DNA of 64,000 nt. It comes from Lama guanicoe (Eukaryota). Where the stretch lies: assembly GCA_013239625.1 (NCBI GenBank), contig MU053482.1, forward strand, positions 1,897,168 through 1,961,167. The letters run 5' to 3'. Positions 51,461 through 63,469 of the stretch are shown here, one piece after another. The notes under the pieces were generated by a model. It saw only the letters and a list, made by a program, of their open reading frames with translations, had not been told where the DNA came from and did no database searches. A program made the position numbers and the translations under genes. How positions within the stretch are numbered: the first letter of the stretch is position 1; each line of letters starts with the position of its first letter.

Positions 51461-52069
51461 CCAATTTTAAAATAAAGTCTCGACCATGTACACTAACTAC
51501 ATTTTGGTTGGCAGATTCCCCCAAGGAGGTACACTGAAGGCACTGAGAAAATTCCACCCAAACTACTCAGCCAGGGACAGCACATGGCATTGTTATTTCT
51601 GGCCCATTCTAGAGCTGGACGGTGTCTTCGAAATTAGTCTCAAGAAGCACATGTACTACCGTTGGCCATCGAGGGGATGCATACGCAACTTGTCCCTGCT
51701 CGGCTGCCCGGGTGCGGGCCATTTTGGAGGCTGAAAGGACAGTCCCACAAGGGGCTGGAATGAAACAAGGTTACTACTTTATAAAAGTAAAAGCAGATGC
51801 AGATTGCTTCCTTAGAGTTTGTTTGTGAGGCCAAGTGAAGCATCTCTTCACCCAGTGTGACCTAGAATGGCAAAACAATTTGTCTGGGTTGAAAGGAGGG
51901 ACCTCTAATATTCACAGGAGTGATGTATCTTCTCCCGTGTCCAGCCTCCTGCCCTTCCCCCAAAATATGTGCCTCGCTTTGCAGCAAGCAGCAGGCCAAC
52001 TTCAAAATTTGTTTCTGCGGGCTTAGAGGACCTTGTTATAGTCAACTCTTATTCACATAAACATTAACA

Positions 52070-52680
52070 TGCAGGGGTAACATCTGGGTTTTATTGATTC
52101 AATCAACACATTGGGAATTTAGCAGCAAGTTAAGGGCAAGCAGTTACAAAATCTTTTTTTCTACATTTAAAATAAGTTGTCTTAAACAATCTACAGCAAC
52201 CTAAAATCACAAGAACACACATGAATGGCTGAAGCACTTCTGTTATGCCTGTGGCAGGTTTATTAGTAATTTCCTAACAAATCTTCCAGTGCAAAGTGCA
52301 CATAATCATTTGGACCCTCCGTGACCATATTTGGCTCTCATTTTCCCCTTAAGTAATTGTGCCTAAATGTAAGAATTTGACGTAAAACTGGGCCAGTGTG
52401 CCCACAGCCTTGCTTTGAGGGCATCTGCTCCTCTAAACAACTCTCGAGAACACTTGGAGCTGATTTCGGCTACATGCGCCATCCAGCCTGGTGGTTTCAG
52501 CCCTTTAACACCATGCTGCTTTGGAGAGAACTAGCTTCAATTTTAAACTGGTGAAAACATGTGGCAGGGCTCAGCGCAGCTAAAAGGCTAAAAGCTCGAC
52601 ATAGTATTGTCCTTTCTCCTCCTATCCCCTCGTTTTTAGCACTAGAAAGAGCAGCTCTGTTTTTGTAGCATTCAGCATTG
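52070..52680 (-). other. 3' UTR of the unidentified minus-strand gene
   Basis: Follows the TAA at 52681-52683; repeat-free; AATAAA (minus) at 52259-52264 and 52090-52095, each followed by GU-rich sequence. Confidence 0.6.
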
Positions 52681-52893
52681 TTAGAGGTTCTTTTTGGTTC
52701 TAGGCAGGGCAATGGCTTTAGAAGTGCCTTTGGTTGCTGTTCCTTGGCTTGAAGTCACAGCGGGTTTCTCCATATCTCCCTTGAGTTCAACAGGAAGGAG
52801 CCTACTAGATGTGTAACTTGAATAACTGGTGTCCAAGTCGTCCATATTTTCCTTCTTACTGGGCACAGAAAATGTCTTTTCATAAACAGTGGG
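52681..52893 (-). CDS. Terminal coding exon of an unidentified protein-coding gene (PTVYEKTFSVPSKKENMDDLDTSYSSYTSSRLLPVELKGDMEKPAVTSSQGTATKGTSKAIALPRTKKNL*)
   Basis: Strong acceptor ttttctttgatttctag at the 52893/52894 boundary, 70 open codons in phase 0 to TAA, natural composition, downstream polyA signals. Confidence 0.7.
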   Translation of the reverse strand, partial: PTVYEKTFSVPSKKENMDDLDTSYSSYTSSRLLPVELKGDMEKPAVTSSQGTATKGTSKAIALPRTKKNL

Positions 52894-53364
52894 CTAGAAA
52901 TCAAAGAAAAGTCCTGGATTAATTTTCAGACACAAGGCAATATACATCAATTCAAAGAAACCGGGGACTACAGAGTCATCCAGGATTTGCAAGTTGGAGC
53001 TCTCTTTGGATGTGAGATATAAACTAATCACATTGTGAAATGGTTATTAAATGCCAAAGAAAGCTCCTTTAGCATCTTCAAGAAAACGGAATTGTTTAGT
53101 GCCTGCGGAGAACAAACTACAGGCACAATTTCAAATCCTCTGCCATGCAAAATGAAAGCAAGTATCCAGTACCACTCACTCAGGGAAGTCTACCCAGACA
53201 TGGCTGTGCTCACTCCTCGGCATAGATTTCTAGACAAGCTTTGACATCTGCATGGATTTCCTGACAAGTACATCAGGATTCTTCTTCCTAACCTGGGTAT
53301 AAAGTTGTTGCATACGGCCCACTCCTCACATCTTCACCATTCTCTGCACTGACTCCAGGGACTG

Positions 53365-53530
53365 GCTTCTAATCCCAGTCACACCTCTTGGCAGGTCTGT
53401 AGACCTCTTAGACTCTTGATGCCTCACTGTTAAATAAGGAAAATGGTATTTGCAAATTTACTCCATGGGTTTATTATGAGAATGAACTAAGGTGGTGGCC
53501 ATGGAAGTACTTTGTGAGCTTTAAAGCACA
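53365..53530 (+). mobile_element. Diverged MIR SINE (intronic)
   Basis: 'ctggcttctaatcccagtc...gcctcactgttaaataaggaaaatgg...ccatgggtttattatgagaatgaactaag'. Confidence 0.6.
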
Positions 53531-54032
53531 AAACAGGTAGAAAGGATTTTAATAGGCAATTGTGTTTTCTCAGGTCGCCTCACCCCACAGTAGAGGAAAT
53601 GGTTTCTAACCTGGCTGTCATGAAAGAAGCAGAATCCATTTTGACCTCAGACCCATTTTAAAAGGGATCACTTCTCATTAAATGAAGCTGAGGACAGAGT
53701 TCTAAAGGATCAGGGAATGTCTCAGGAGACCTAAGCAAGCAGGAAGCGGGGTGAGATGTGGGGGTATAGATTCCGCAAGTTCTCATTTACCTAGAATGAT
53801 CTGGGAAAGAGCTCATAAGTTTAATACTCTGGTTAACTGAAAGTGAGTGTACTAAGGGTTAATAATCAGATTAACAAATTTCAAAGAATGTGAAAAGATT
53901 ACATGTAACACAAAACAAATAAACCTGGTATGTATATGTCTGTTTGTTTTGATCACTCTTGCGATACAAGTGACTGTGTTTTATAAACACAGTAGTAGGC
54001 ACTTCATATATATTTGTCCAATGAATAAATAC

Positions 54033-54081
54033 CCTCCAAAGGCTGCAGCAAAACTTCAGGTCATTTATGGCTTCTTGGTAC
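54033..54081 (-). CDS. Internal 49-nt coding exon (xYQEAINDLKFCCSLWR) of the same gene
   Basis: Acceptor ttttctctttcttgaaatatag, donor AGG|gtattt; only one of three frames is open and it ends in phase 0, joining the terminal exon in frame. Confidence 0.6.
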
Positions 54082-55139
54082 CTATATTTCAAGAAAGAGA
54101 AAACTGACCTGCTGTTTACTTATTGCAGGCAGCCCCTAAATACGTGCCTCTCCAGACCATCACTCATGTATGACTTTGTAATGATGTATGCTAACTCTTG
54201 AGCTGGTAATTAATTAAAAAATTAATTTGTATAAATTTAGAAGTGTAAAAAGGTCCTTTTCTCTATAGATTCCTTTTCTCAAGAAAATTTCTGGGTTGCT
54301 TCTTTGTGTATTCTTTCAAGAAACAGAAAATACGTACAATGTGTTAGCATTCAGTAACACAGGCTGTGTCTCCTCACTGAAAGCTCCTTATGTTTAGAAC
54401 ATCAGGGTGAGAGCACAACGCTCTGATGCTCTCATGTCCCACTGAAGAAAAGGTCCTCTGTTTAGCACAGGACTAGTCCCTGTGACAGGAAACCTATCTT
54501 GGAAATTTCAATTCACAAAAATTTAAGTCACTTGACGTATATGTGCTTTTAAAAGTTGAATCCAAGTTTAATGCTTTCTCTTTTGACATTTCCACTCTTG
54601 AGTTACCATCTAAGTAGTTGAGGAAACGCTTTTCAACATGCCCACCACAACTCATAATCTACAGCATAGGGATAGAGACTCAGTCATTTGTTTTTCAATG
54701 TGCTGTATTCATATGTGGTTTAGCATCTGCATTCTTCTTCACTGTTCCATTATTAATTAAGTACTTGAGTCCTTAAAGTAGACTCAGAAGTTAAAGTCAC
54801 CAGGAAGAAATACTCAGAAACAATCTGTATGGGCAAGATCAGTGATACAGGTATCTTCTTTTTTTCCAAAAACACTAGAAGCTCTGGCTTCTTCTTAGTT
54901 ATCTTAAGACAATTCTCATAATTTTCTGGCAAATTTGGAAGGAGAGAAACTAAACCAAAATATCTGGTTGCTTCAGAGTAGAAACATGGTATTTCTCAGC
55001 TTCCGTCTAGAGCAAGATGAGAAAATATTACTTAGCCACATTTATCTATTTTATTTACTTATATATAATTTTAGAGATCTATTTTTCAAGCAGGTAGTAT
55101 CTCCCCATGACTTAATATTCACAGTGCTCAAAATGTCCT

Positions 55140-55830
55140 CCTTGTCCCCTCCTTAACTCGGCTCCACCCCACCCCTCATCAAAGACAACCAACACCGTCA
55201 ATTTACAGTGTACACTTCCAAAGATATTTTTGAGCAACTTCAAGCAAATATCAGGTGGAATCAAATGGAACTGGTCATCATTTTAACAAGTCAAAAACAG
55301 CCTAAAAATGGCAATTTCGTATTGTTCAATCTAGTCCATGCATTGATGCACTTTCTTGTCACCTTTTTACACAAATGGTAGCCCACAATAATCACTCATT
55401 TACACTTTGATTTTTTTTAACTAACAATTATCTTGAACATCATTCTATGTCAATATAAAAAAGAGTTCGCATGCTTCTTTCAGCTCTGCAGTATTCTTTT
55501 GTTTGAATGTACCATAATTTATTTAGCCAGCTCCTTGATAATGGACATTCAGGTTGTTTCCAATCTTAACTAGTACAAATAATGCTGCTGTGAATAATCT
55601 TTTACTTGTGTCATTTTGTACATGTGTAAATATATCTATAGGGCATATATTTTAGAATTAGAACTTCTGGGTCCAAAGTTATATGGATTTGTAATTTTGA
55701 AAGAGATCACCATACTGCCTTCCACTGCAGCTGTACGAACTTATACTCTTACTGGCAACATTGTGAGTGTCTGTTTTCCTATTTCTTTTTCAATTTGGTA
55801 TGTAATACATATTAAAACTAATATAGTCAG
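55140..55830 (-). mobile_element. L1M(C/E)-type 3' fragment
   Basis: 'tgtaccataatttatttagccagctccttgataatggacattcaggttgtttccaatc...acaaataatgctgctgtgaataatc'. Confidence 0.75.
55250..55335. mobile_element. MADE2-like mariner MITE
   Basis: Inverted arms 'atcaggtggaatcaaatggaactgg' / 'ggcaatttcgtattgttcaatctagt' around 'gtcaaaaacag'. Confidence 0.65.
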
Positions 55831-56947
55831 CCATATTTTGATTGAGTATCAAAACTGGCCTAAAACTGGCTGTACCTAAACAAATCACAATGTTCCTTGA
55901 CTCCCTGGTAACATCAGTGCAAATCTATTTATCTCTAATAGATAGCAATATTTATTGCAAATGCTTAAAAGCTTCTGTGTATGTGTGTGTATCATGTGTG
56001 CATGTACTTTTGCATTTCTCTTTGCTAATTTGCAGCTGCATTAAGTTTAGGGTGCTATTGTTTAATCATAAGAGCTTTCCTGAAGATTGAGTCTTCCCTC
56101 TTAAATATCCCCTCATTGAAACTCTTCTCTGATGCTAACAAAACATGGACGCAGGCTGGCCCTCACTGTGCCCTTCAGGTCAAACTATAGCTTTCTTTAC
56201 CAAAAACCAAGCTTCTCATCTTCTCGGAATATTAGCAGCCAAGGCAGATTCCAACTTTCAGGTCTTTCTCTAGGATTTTTTAAGAATTTCTTTTGTATGT
56301 TATAGGTTATCTAAAATTTAAGTTTCTCCTTTTATTCTCTCATAGACGATGGGATTCTTTGGGGATCTATGCTGTCACTGATGCAATTTTATAATTTTGC
56401 AAGTAACAGGGCAGAGGAACGAAAAGTTAAATTACCAAGGCTACAGAAGTTACTAAGATCTTCTGGGTCATGAAAGGTGTATAGATGGTGATGAGCTCCC
56501 ATAAGATTGTAAGATAAGGGGGAGAAAGATGAGAGAGCAATTTCAATATTCTGCTCCAGGAGGAAAGAGTCTATCTAAATGACCATTATGAGACTGTTGG
56601 CCATCATTATCAATCCAAAAGACCATCTAAAATTCACTGTAGACTGTTCTCTAAGAGAAGATTTAAAAATCACTGTAGACTGTCCTCTAAAGATACTGAT
56701 GTAATACACCATTTCACAGTGACCAAGAGGACCTGGCTATCATCAGAAAGCATCTTAGAAATCAAAGAAAAAAATTATTCTATCCTTAGATAAAATTGTG
56801 AAGAATTCATACCTGAAACACTGCAAGCAGTCTGAATAGATATAAAGGGACCAGAGAAGGTTGACATATAGGCTACTGATAGGATTAATGGGTAGAGGTT
56901 TCTTTATAAGAGAGCTCTCCAATCTAAAAATATAAAGAATAAGAGGC

Positions 56948-57015
56948 TATATATATATGTGTATACATACACACATATATATGTATGTATGTGTATGTGT
57001 GTTTATGCATATATT

Positions 57016-57046
<31 letters not shown>

Positions 57047-57059
57047 ATATATATATATA
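56948..57059. repeat. Compound (TA)/(TG)/(CA) microsatellite
   Basis: Read directly. Confidence 0.9.
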
Positions 57060-57889
57060 ATTACTATCTATAAAATGAAGAGGGGACAGATTTCAGCACT
57101 CTGGAGCTAAACAGCATCCCTGAGCACTGCAGTCAGGATGGTTACACCAGGGGCTCCCCCAAGCAGCATTTCAATTGTTCCTCATCTTTGACATTCTTAC
57201 CATTTGGGACTGCTGAAGAAAAGCCATTCCTACTGGAGGCAGAAGGATGGAAATGATGACCTTACAAGGTTCCCTCCAGTTCCATCTCTTAGTAATTCAG
57301 CACCCTAGGCCTGATTTCTCCAGATTATACTATTAATCTTGAAAACGGGGCTCCATGTGTGCAACGGGAGATGTGTCACAAGAAAATTGGGCTAAATATG
57401 TATATATATTTCATTATTCACTGGCATAACTTTAACCTGATGAACTCATCTGGTGATAATGGATGCAAAACTTGTAAGCTCTAGGCATAGCCCTGCAAGT
57501 TAATACCAGTGCATGATTACTAGAAACTGTTACCATTTCTCTGAATTTTGAGTAAAATACATGCTATTTAAGTAAAGTGGTTTATCACCATAGCAACCAT
57601 TTCTAGAGTCACACATTCAAATTATAGGCCTGCACAAGGTCCAAGTGACAGAATATTCTGATACTAAGATCTTCAGCTATAGTTTTACTTGCAATGGTCA
57701 CCCACTTTCTCTCACATCTCTGTGGTTTTCAGAAGGAAGAAGGAAGGGAAAGAAAAGCAAGCGGAAGAAGAGAAATTGACTTCCAAATATATAGATTTCT
57801 TATATAAGGCTGTCCACATAAAGAGCTAGGCCTTGTATAGAGTTAATGAAAACAAAATCTAACTTGCAAATTAGAGAAGATATAAATAT

Positions 57890-60870
57890 CTCTTTTCATT
57901 TTAAAGTATAATTTACATACAGTAGAATGTACAAACCTCAGATGCACAGCTTGATGAGTTTTGATAATGCACAGACCCATATAACCAACACCCCAATCAA
58001 GAAATAGAACAATTCTCCAAGAAGCTCCCTCATGCCACATCCCAGTCAACTCCCTCCCAGCCTGGGGCTACAAGAGTTTTGATATTTTGCAACATAAATT
58101 ATTTTTGTCTTTTCTCAAAGTTCATATAAATGAAATAACATACCGTATGTACTTCTCTGTGTCTGACTTCTTTTGCTTGACATGTTTTTTAATGGAAATT
58201 TTTATTGAGATAGTTATAGATTCTCATTGTATTATAACATGTTTTTGAGATTAATCTGTGTATACTAGTAGTTCATTCCTTTTTATTGCCAAGTTGTACT
58301 CCATTGTATGGTTGGGGTCAATTTGTGTGTTCTTTCTTCTAGTAATGAATATTTGGGCTATTTCCAGTTTGGGCTCTTTTTATATATAAAGCTGCTATAA
58401 ACATATTCTAGAAATCCTTTTTTGAACTTAAATTTGGGATTTCTGGGTAAATGGTAAGTAAATGCTTAATTTTATAAGTAACTGCCCAACTGTGTTCCAA
58501 AAGAACTGTACCATTTTGCATTCTCTCCAGCAATGCAGGAACATTCCAGTTGCTCCAATATTTGCTAAAATTTTGAGTTGCCAGTGCTTTTAAATTAGGG
58601 GCATTCTAGAAAGAGTGTAGTGATATTATCACTATAACTTTTCCTGATATCATTTGCATTTTCTTGATGACTAATGACGTTGCACATTTTTTCAAATGCT
58701 TATTGACTACTTGTATATCTTCCTATCTGAAGTGTCTGTTTTGAGTCTTATGCTCATTTAAAAAAATGAGTTGTCTTATTATTATTGAGTTGTAGGAATT
58801 GTCTTTATATTCTGGATGTAAGTCCTTTGTCAGATGTATTTATTGAAAATATCTTCTCCCTGTCTGTAGCTTGCCTATTCCTTTTCTTAATATGTTTTAG
58901 ATGAGCAAATCTGTTTACTTTTGATGAAGTCCAACTTATCCATTTTTAAAGTGCTTTCTATGTTTTAAGAAATCTTTGACTACTCTGTTTAGAAGATATT
59001 CTGCAACATTTTCTCCTAGGAGTTTTATAACTTAGCTTTTAAACCAGGTTATTTTGGCTGTTCTAGGTCTTATGTATTCCCAAATAAATTTTAGAATCAA
59101 CTCATCAGTGTCTATCAGAATAGCAAAAGCTATAGATTTCACTTGGGATTGCTTTAAAATTATAAATCAATTTGGGGAGAAGTGACATCTTAACAAAGTA
59201 GTAGATCTTCCAATCCATGAACATGGTATAGCTCTCCATATATTTCAGTCTTCTTCAGTTTCACTCAGTAACATGTTGTGGGGTTGGTATAAATATTTCA
59301 CATACATTTTGTTAGCTCTATCACTAAGTACTTTATGTTTTTCAATAATACTTTAAATGGTTTTTAAAATTTTGTTTTCCAGTTGTTCATTGTTAGCATA
59401 TAAAAGTACAATTAATTTTTGTATAGAGATCTTGCATCCTGCACTTTAAGTTCACTTTCGGATGATTCCTTGGGATTTTCTATGTACACAACCATGTCAC
59501 TTGTAAAGAGACACAGTTTTATTCTTCTTTTTCAGTCTATATAATTTTATTTCTTTTCTTACCTTGTTGCATTGGCAAAGGCCTCTAGTACAATGTTAAG
59601 GAGAAATAGAAAGGACATCCTTGCCTATCTCTTACCTTCAGTGGGAAAGTATTCAATATTTCAACATTAAGAATTATATTAGATTTAGAGGGGTTTTCTT
59701 TCTTTCTTTATTCTTTTTTGGTAAACATTCCTTCATATGTAAAAGAAATTCCCATCTGTTCCTAGTCTGCTGATGGTTTTTCCTCATGTTTGAGTGTTGA
59801 ATTTTATCAAATGCTTTAAAAAATAAATATCTTGAAAGGAAAAAAATTATTGAGATAATTATATGACTTTTCTCCTTTACTTATTAACATGGTGAATTAC
59901 ATTGGTTGATTTTTCAATGTTAATCCAAACTTACATTCCTTGATATACTATACACTTGATCATAATGCATTATCTTTTTAATGTATTTCTGGATTCAGTT
60001 TGCTAATATCAAATTTGGGGATTTTTGTGTCTATATTTTATGAGAGATATTTACTAGGAACTTTATTTTCTGGTAATATCCCCATCATGTTCTGGGAAAT
60101 ATTCTCAAGAGTTTGTGTGAATAAGCTTTCTCTTCTTTCTTCCTTATATATTTGTAAGAATCAACCAGTGAAATCATTTGGGACTGGAATTGTCTACACT
60201 ACACTAGAAAGTTCTTAATTACAAATTCAGTTTTTAAAATAAGAACTATTTAGGTTTTCTATTTTTGTGTATCTGTTTTGGTTTTTTTTTAAAGGAGTTT
60301 GGCCATTTCATGTACATTTTCTAATGTATTAGCACTAGATCATCATTATATTTTAAAAAAAGTCATTTCCTTCCTACAATTTTTGTTAGGAGGGTGCTTA
60401 ATTTGCTGTTCTTTTTCTAGTTTATTGAGATAAAGCTTCAATCTCATTATTATTGCTACTGTTTTAAACAGTTGACATTATTTTATATTTACTCATATAT
60501 TTACTCTTCCCAATGCTCTTCATACCTTCCCATAATTCAGTACTTTTATCTGGGATCATTTTGTTTCAGCTTGAAAATTTTCTTATAGTATTTCTTATAG
60601 TAAGATATGCTGGTAAGAAATTTGCTCATCTTTTACATACTTGAAAACTTTTTTTATTTTATGTTTATTTTTGAAGGAAATTATCACTGGATACAAAATT
60701 CCAAGTTGGCAGGTTCTTTGTTTTGTTTCCCATTTATCACTATATTAATGTCATTCCATTGTCTTCCATTCCATTGGCTTCCATTATTTCTGCTGATATG
60801 TCAAATGTTGCTCCTTTGATGGCAATGTGCCCCCCACACTCTACCCTGGATGCTTTCACTATTTTCTGTC
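57890..60870 (-). mobile_element. Large, internally deleted old LINE-1 (3' UTR, ORF2 and ORF1-end remnants)
   Basis: 'atttacatacagtagaatgtacaaacctcagatgcacagcttgatgagttttga', 'aattttagaatcaac', 'ataaatcaatttggggagaagtgacatcttaaca', 'tgttgaattttatcaaatgcttt'. Confidence 0.9.
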
Positions 60871-60879
60871 TCTGATCTA

Positions 60880-61972
60880 AAGAGTTAAAGGACAGAATTC
60901 AAAGCAACCCCCAAATCCAAAGAATAGAGAACTCTTGAAAGGAGATAGCCAGAGAAGGGATATCCTAAATTCTGCTCAGCTAAAGATAAATGAGCCTACC
61001 TAAGATTTGAACTGCTGGCTAAGAGACCATTTGTAGTTTTCATCCAATCAACTAACTGCTACTAAAACAGAAACATAAACACTTTTTGGAGGAACCAAGC
61101 AAATCCAGAGTCATCACAACACAATACTTCCAATGTCCAGGATACAATTCAAAATTACTCAACAGAAATAATAATCAATAGAGATGGACCCTGAGATGAC
61201 CCAGATGTTGGAATTAGCAAACAAGGATTTTAAAGCAGTTATCATCACTATTATCAATAATGTAAAGTGAAAAATTCTCTGATGAATAAAGCAGGTCTCC
61301 ATAGAGAAACAGAAATAATAAAAAAGAACCAAATGTAAACTTTAGAATAAAATATATCTGAAATTAAATATCCACTAGGTAGATTTAATAGGAAATGGAG
61401 ATAAGAGAGGAAAGTGGAAACCTGAAGACAGATCAGGAGAATGTATCCAATTTAAAGAACAGATTGAAAAAAATTAATACAGCTCTGGAGACTTATTAGA
61501 ATGGTATGAGACAGTCTAACATGTAAGAAATTAAAGAGTCTCAGAAAATAATAAGAAAAAAATGACAAAATTTTCCAAACTTGGCAAAAGACAGAAATAC
61601 AGATTTAAGAAGTTCAGAGCATTCCCAGCAATATCACTTTCAAACCGCTAAAAACCAAAGATAAAGAGAGAATCTTAGAAACATTCAGAGAAAAGTGACA
61701 CATTACATATAGGGAAAGAAGAGTTCAAATTACCAGTGACTTTTTAATCAGAGAATCTGGATGCTAGAAGGCAGCAGAATACCTCTTTAAAGTGTGGACC
61801 AAAATTATCTGTCAAACTAGAATTCTGTAAACAGAGAAAACATCCTTCAAAAATCAAGACGGAATAAAGATATTTTTAGATAAAAGAAAACTGAGAGAAT
61901 TCATCACTAGCAGACATGCAATACAAGAAATGCAAAGGAAGTTCATCAGGCTGAAGGGAAATGACACTAGAG
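60880..61972 (+). mobile_element. Old LINE-1 5'/ORF1 fragment
   Basis: 'gagatgacccagatgttggaattagcaaacaaggattttaaagcag', 'aaaaccaaagataaagagagaatctt', 'aaaactgagagaattcatcactagcagac'. Confidence 0.85.
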
Positions 61973-62328
61973 AGCTACATTTGTCATAACCCAAACCAAC
62001 GGATTGGTTTTCCATAGGGAAAAATATACACAGCATATACTAACAGCTATAGTACCCTAAGGGGAGCTGAGCAAAAGCCAGGCTTGGGAGAGTAGGGAAA
62101 TGATTTGAAAGGATTCACTAATATATTCCTTCAACTGTGAAAGTCAGCCTAAACCCATGGTGAAACCTAAGACTTACACAGGAGGTTCTACTGGGAACAG
62201 AAGTAGAGACAAAAGCCTTGTTGTTTCTGGAAGCCTATGAATCCAAACTAGCAACTGGCATTGCACACAGCATTAGATCAAAGAACAATACGTCAAAATT
62301 CATGTTAGCATAGTTAATTACTTGTACC

Positions 62329-63294
62329 TGTATTAGTCAGCTATTGCTGCTATGCTACTGAGTCTGGGTGGTCCCCAGGTCCCATGATTCACCAGGAGGA
62401 TTTATAGAACTCAGCATATAGCTGTACTCATTGCTGTAATTTATTATAGTGAAAGATGCAGAGCCCAATTAGCAAAGGGAAAAGGCACTTGAGAAGTCCA
62501 GTGGACGCCATGTTCAAGCTTCTAAGAGCCCTCTCCCAGGAGTCGCACAAGATGCACTTAACTACTCCAGCAACAAATTCTGACAACACATATGAAATGT
62601 TGCTAAGCAGGGAAGCTCTTAGAGATGTAGCACAAGGGATTTATTTGAGCCAGTCATGTAGGCAGCCTCTACCTAGCACCTACTAAAATCCCTGACTCCC
62701 AAGAGGAATGCAGGTGTTCAGTATAAACCATACTGTTTGCATGTCTAGGCACAATGAATCATTCTTATCAGTTAGTGGTAGCAACCGTCCCCAAATCTAA
62801 GTTTCAGAAGCCAGCCAAGGGCCAACCTTGCAAGGAAAGCCTTTTTAAGGATAGCAGTTAGGCCTGCTATGTTAACTCTTTTCTGTACAACTACAGAACA
62901 AGGAACTATAAAACTCACTATGTTATAACAACATTCATTGTTTCCGATTACTGTAGGGCTTGGCAGTGCTAAGCTAGACTTCAGGCTGGGTTGATTCCAG
63001 AAACTGTGGCTTCTGAAGGCATGTTCTTCTCATGGCAGGAGGCAGAAATGAAAGAGAGCAAGCCAAATCATGCAAACACTTCTAAGGTCTCTGCTTCCAC
63101 TACACCTCTTAACATTCCATTGGCGAAAGTCAGTTCAACAATATTGTTAGTCCAAACCTAAGACCAACAACAGTGAGATGAGAAAATGTCCATCTACTCT
63201 AATAGGAGAAAAATCACAAGGTAAAGGGTATGAATGTACAAATCCCTTACAGAGAGGGATTAAACCATTGGGAAAAATAATCCAATCAACCACA
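62329..63294 (-). mobile_element. MLT1I/J-like LTR split by a MER77-like LTR
   Basis: 'tgtattagtcagctattgctgc' ... 'ggcatgttcttctcatggcag...gcaagccaaatcatgcaaacac...aacattccattggc...aatccaatcaaccaca'. Confidence 0.7.
62359..62889. mobile_element. MER77/MER21-family ERVL solo LTR
   Basis: 'aactcagcatatagctgtactc...agcaaagggaaaaggc...gccagccaagggccaaccttgcaag...ggcctgctatgttaactcttttctgtaca'; imperfect TSD GCTAC/ACTAC. Confidence 0.75.
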
Positions 63295-63469
63295 GAGCCC
63301 TAGGGGCCTCACCAAATTCAGAGGGCAAGTGAGGTTGGAAGCATCTCCGTATCACCTTCGAAAATGATATTCCTTAGTTTACTCCCATACGTATGTCTCA
63401 AAGCAGGCAGGAAAGAACATGGAATTTCAGCAATATTCCATGCAAGTTCTTTAGCAATATAACAATAAA

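Noticed and set aside
54607..54658. 52-nt candidate exon (IMSCGGHVEKRFLNYLD)
   Set aside because: Ends in phase 1, which gives a stop when joined to the 49-nt exon
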